Shown here one piece after another: positions 61,001 through 64,000 of a stretch of 64,000 nucleotides of DNA. Every line of letters starts with the position of its first letter. The first letter of the stretch is position 1. Origin of the DNA: Reclinomonas americana ATCC 50394 (taxonomy: Eukaryota); contig PS015400.1 in the NCBI GenBank assembly GCA_048213135.1, positions 1-64,000 on the forward strand, given 5' to 3'. The translations under genes were made by a program, and so were the position numbers. The notes below the pieces were generated by a model. That model was given only the letters and a program-made list of their open reading frames with translations, had not been told where the DNA came from and made no database searches.

Positions 61001-64000
61001 TGACCCTTGCAACAACTCAGTCACAGTTCGAATGCACTGCGACAGCAGCGGCGCAATCACACTGTCGATATTCGATTCCACGATCAATGCAAAGCGCGTG
61101 ATCTCTTCCATCATGTCGACATTGACTGGATAGCCGGCCTGCGTCCGCACAAAATGCTGCAAGCGGAACAACAAGTATGAGAGACTGCATACCGAGCACA
61201 CCAGCTGCCGCAGAGTGTCGTCGAACCTGGAGTGGCGAGAAATGACCTTCGGCCATGAGCTGGATGAGCACGAGAATCTCCATGGGGCACGAATCCACCA
61301 GCGGACTCTCCCACGGGAGGACGACTTCGGCTGCACTGAACTGCTTGTAGAATTCCATCACATGCTGAGGCGTCACCCAGCGCTGTGATGGGCGCCGTCG
61401 AACAGTGGCCCAGTCCACAATTTCTTGCGCCGCCAAGTGGAGACGCCTGCGCAATGACACAAAGAAATCGTCGTGCTCGAGGCTGGCCAGCGCACCACGC
61501 ACAGCCACTTGAGCCAGGCGATTTCCACCAGCAAGGACGCGACACAGAACCACCAGTGCGCCACGGGCAATGTTATGCAGCGGTGCTCTGGAGATGATGC
61601 TCATCATCTGGCAGAACCCCCTCAGACATGAGAGGCAGCATTCGAGAGAGACGAAAGAGCCAATCTTGAACGGTAGAACGCAACTGAAGAGACCACATCC
61701 TGCTGCACAAGCATATCACTGCTCGCACGCTCCATCGCTACCATGCTCAGCAGAGTCAACAGCTTGGAGGCCAGCGTGCTCTCCGCCGAATGCATGTCGG
61801 TGACGGCAACGGCCGACACCCTGCGTGAAGCAGCACGCCACTTGTTCAGCCCCAGTACGTACGCTACGTGTGTGACATTCTTCTTTCACTCACCGCAGAT
61901 TGCGAATGAGAGTGTGACATGCTTGCGGGACCTGGCGCAGCAGCTCCACCATGCTAGCGTAGTCGGGTCCACAGCGACGGCCAGCGGCACTGTTGACGAG
62001 CGGAGACAAATGAGAGAGAATGCGCAGGGCTGCAGCAGTGCACTGGCGTCGATCCAACGTAACATGATATTCATGTACTCCATAAATCGGCGGTGTCTGG
62101 CGTCACACAGGAGGAGAACGTCAGCAAACGGATACGTACTCGTATGCACACACACACAGTACTTACAATACTTCGTCAGCCGACAACGCCGCCGTGACCT
62201 CATTGTCCATGCTCCCCAACTCCACGGTCGTCGAGTCTTTCACACCGTCGTCGCCGTCGTCGTCATCCGTCACGGCGGTGAGCGACGACGAGAGTCTAAA
62301 CAGTGGATCGGAGGCCGTTTGCGTGGGATTGAGACGCTGCTCCAAACGAGCAACGGCCATGCCGAGGCTAGCAACTCGGCGTTCGTCCAATCCACGTACA
62401 TTGAGTGACGCACTGTACAACTGCCGCAAGTGCGTGACCAGGCGTCGATACAGTTCACCGTGGGTACTGTGAGAGGTGACGTAAAATGAAACTGATGAAG
62501 GAAAGCGACTGCCACACGCTGCTGTCACTCACCGCTGCATACTGCGAGCAACGAGCAAAAAGTCCACCAGAAGCCCAACAATGCGCCCGAGTATGTACTC
62601 GTCGGCGCCGGCCTTCCCAAACAGCGTCTGATCGCCCACTACGCTGGACGACGATGCTTCGTCTTCCAGGTCCTCGACTCCCACCTCGTAGTCCTCCATT
62701 GCACCGACAAGCAGCGAGTGCGTCGGTGAACTGTGACCGGCTGTTGGACAAGGGACAGAAATATCGAAACATCAGAAAACAGACAAACGAAACGTGTCGG
62801 CAGCGAACACAGATGCCGAGTCGACCGGCAGCCGTCGGCGTACGGTCGGCGACGGCACCAGCGACTCGCGGGTTCCCGTGCGCTGTCGCTCAAAGGAAGC
62901 TCGGGCACTCCACGCACCGCTGATGTAGTTGACGATCTCTGCATCGAGGAATTGCAGAAGCGACTGACTGTTGCTAAGATCCAGCACCGTCGGCGACACC
63001 ATGCCGGTATCGACATACACCTGCCAGAGTGGGAAAGAGAGTGCGTGAGACATTCGACGGCAGTCGACGAGGCAAGAATACCGCAATAACGACGTTACGC
63101 ACTGAGCGAATGAATGTGACCAGTGCACAGCGCAGTTCAATTGGAACGCCTTCCTCGATCAGCATCGACACGGCCTCTTCAAATGCCAGCGTCGACTGCA
63201 CGATGCTCTCAATCTGGCCACACCACCGTTGCGTGTGAGAAGACAAAACAAACACAGTCAAATGGGGAGTGCGCACAGGAGACGAACCGCAGTCTGCCGC
63301 CCAGACGCACACTTGGCAAGCACGCGCAACAGATCAATGTGGTACGCCAGCGGTCCTTGCGGGCGGTAACGATGGTCATCGGTCAACATCAATTCGCGAC
63401 TGCGGAGGGGTGAGTGACGATGGGGAGCAAGCAAGAGACGAGGGAATCAGAAGACCCACCGCTCAGCACGACCATTCTTGCCGCTGAACAGCAGCAGGGA
63501 CCGGGGGTGGTGTTGAACAAGAGCTTCGGCCACCAGCCGTTGATTGCGAGGAACCGGCAAGTCGTCGACAATGACCGACACCTCAAGAAGCTCCAAATGC
63601 CGACGCTGATGAGTGGCAGCACAACTGCTGGCGGCCAACTCGATGAGATCCACGGGAACTCGTTGTGCCAGCAGCGCCGAATTGCGAAAGATGTACGGCA
63701 GCAGCGAGTCTGCACCGACGTCACACCTGCAAGCGCAAACACTGTCAGTATCATACAGTGGTGATCAAGAGAGGGTTGACATGGCGCTCACAAGTAATGC
63801 GACTGAAAGAGCGTGATGTGCTCAGAGAACATGCGCTGCACAATCGGGCACAGCACAAGCGAAACCTGCGAAACAACATGTTGGTAAGCAGCACAGCACA
63901 GTCTGTTGTGGGCGCCGTGACTACACAACACACCGCCAACAGAGAGGAATACAGGCCACTGACTGCGGACTTGACAAGGGTTCGCTGCGCAGGGCGGCAG
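58026..64000 (-). CDS. Inositol 1,4,5-trisphosphate/ryanodine receptor-like Ca2+ channel (3' part; continues beyond the window)
   Basis: RIH-associated-like LIQLMAEGHFSPLQ|HFVRTQ and VTELLQG|PCQANQ, VGVVEIVRDDQIE, TM segments, pore GLRVGGVWEDL, IILN|MIFG|QILDTFSQLR, C-terminal CFICGLSR...HEHN..HYL.F and NGTEQ|FV. Confidence 0.9.

Noticed and set aside
1-64000. Alternative genetic code or stop-codon readthrough
   Set aside because: In the genes spliced by hand, in-frame stops fall within introns, so the standard code suffices.

Overview
Eukaryotic (protist-like) genomic DNA: gene-dense, with many short (mostly ~50-80 nt) GT-AG introns that often carry CTGAC/CTCAC branch-like motifs, microsatellites and 11 N-gaps. 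The raw ORF track is largely misleading because nearly all genes are split. Manual splicing gives about 17 genes: a 5'-partial Ser/Thr kinase with a possible REase-like N-terminal module; a large acidic protein with a tandem micro-exon array; a bacterial-type SnoaL/NTF2 protein; an uncertain low-complexity ORF; a divergent GT61 / O-fucosyltransferase pair; GINS Psf2; a 2xRRM+RING-H2 protein; a DYRK-like kinase; a tandem Rbx1-like double RING protein; an ALDH22/Msc7-like aldehyde dehydrogenase; La protein; a Spinster MFS transporter; a DCC1/DUF393 protein; a CCCH zinc-finger protein; a 7TM-RGS protein; a ~15 kb multi-ASH/Ig-like gene; and the 3' part of an IP3 receptor-like channel. No CRISPR array, rRNA, tRNA or clear mobile element is visible. 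The most unusual observations are the phase-0 micro-exon array with decayed copies, N-gaps whose flanks join exactly in frame, an intronised SnoaL-like gene, the double Rbx1-like RING and a divergent IP3R pore. All product calls come from motif recognition, not database searches, and gene boundaries are manual predictions.
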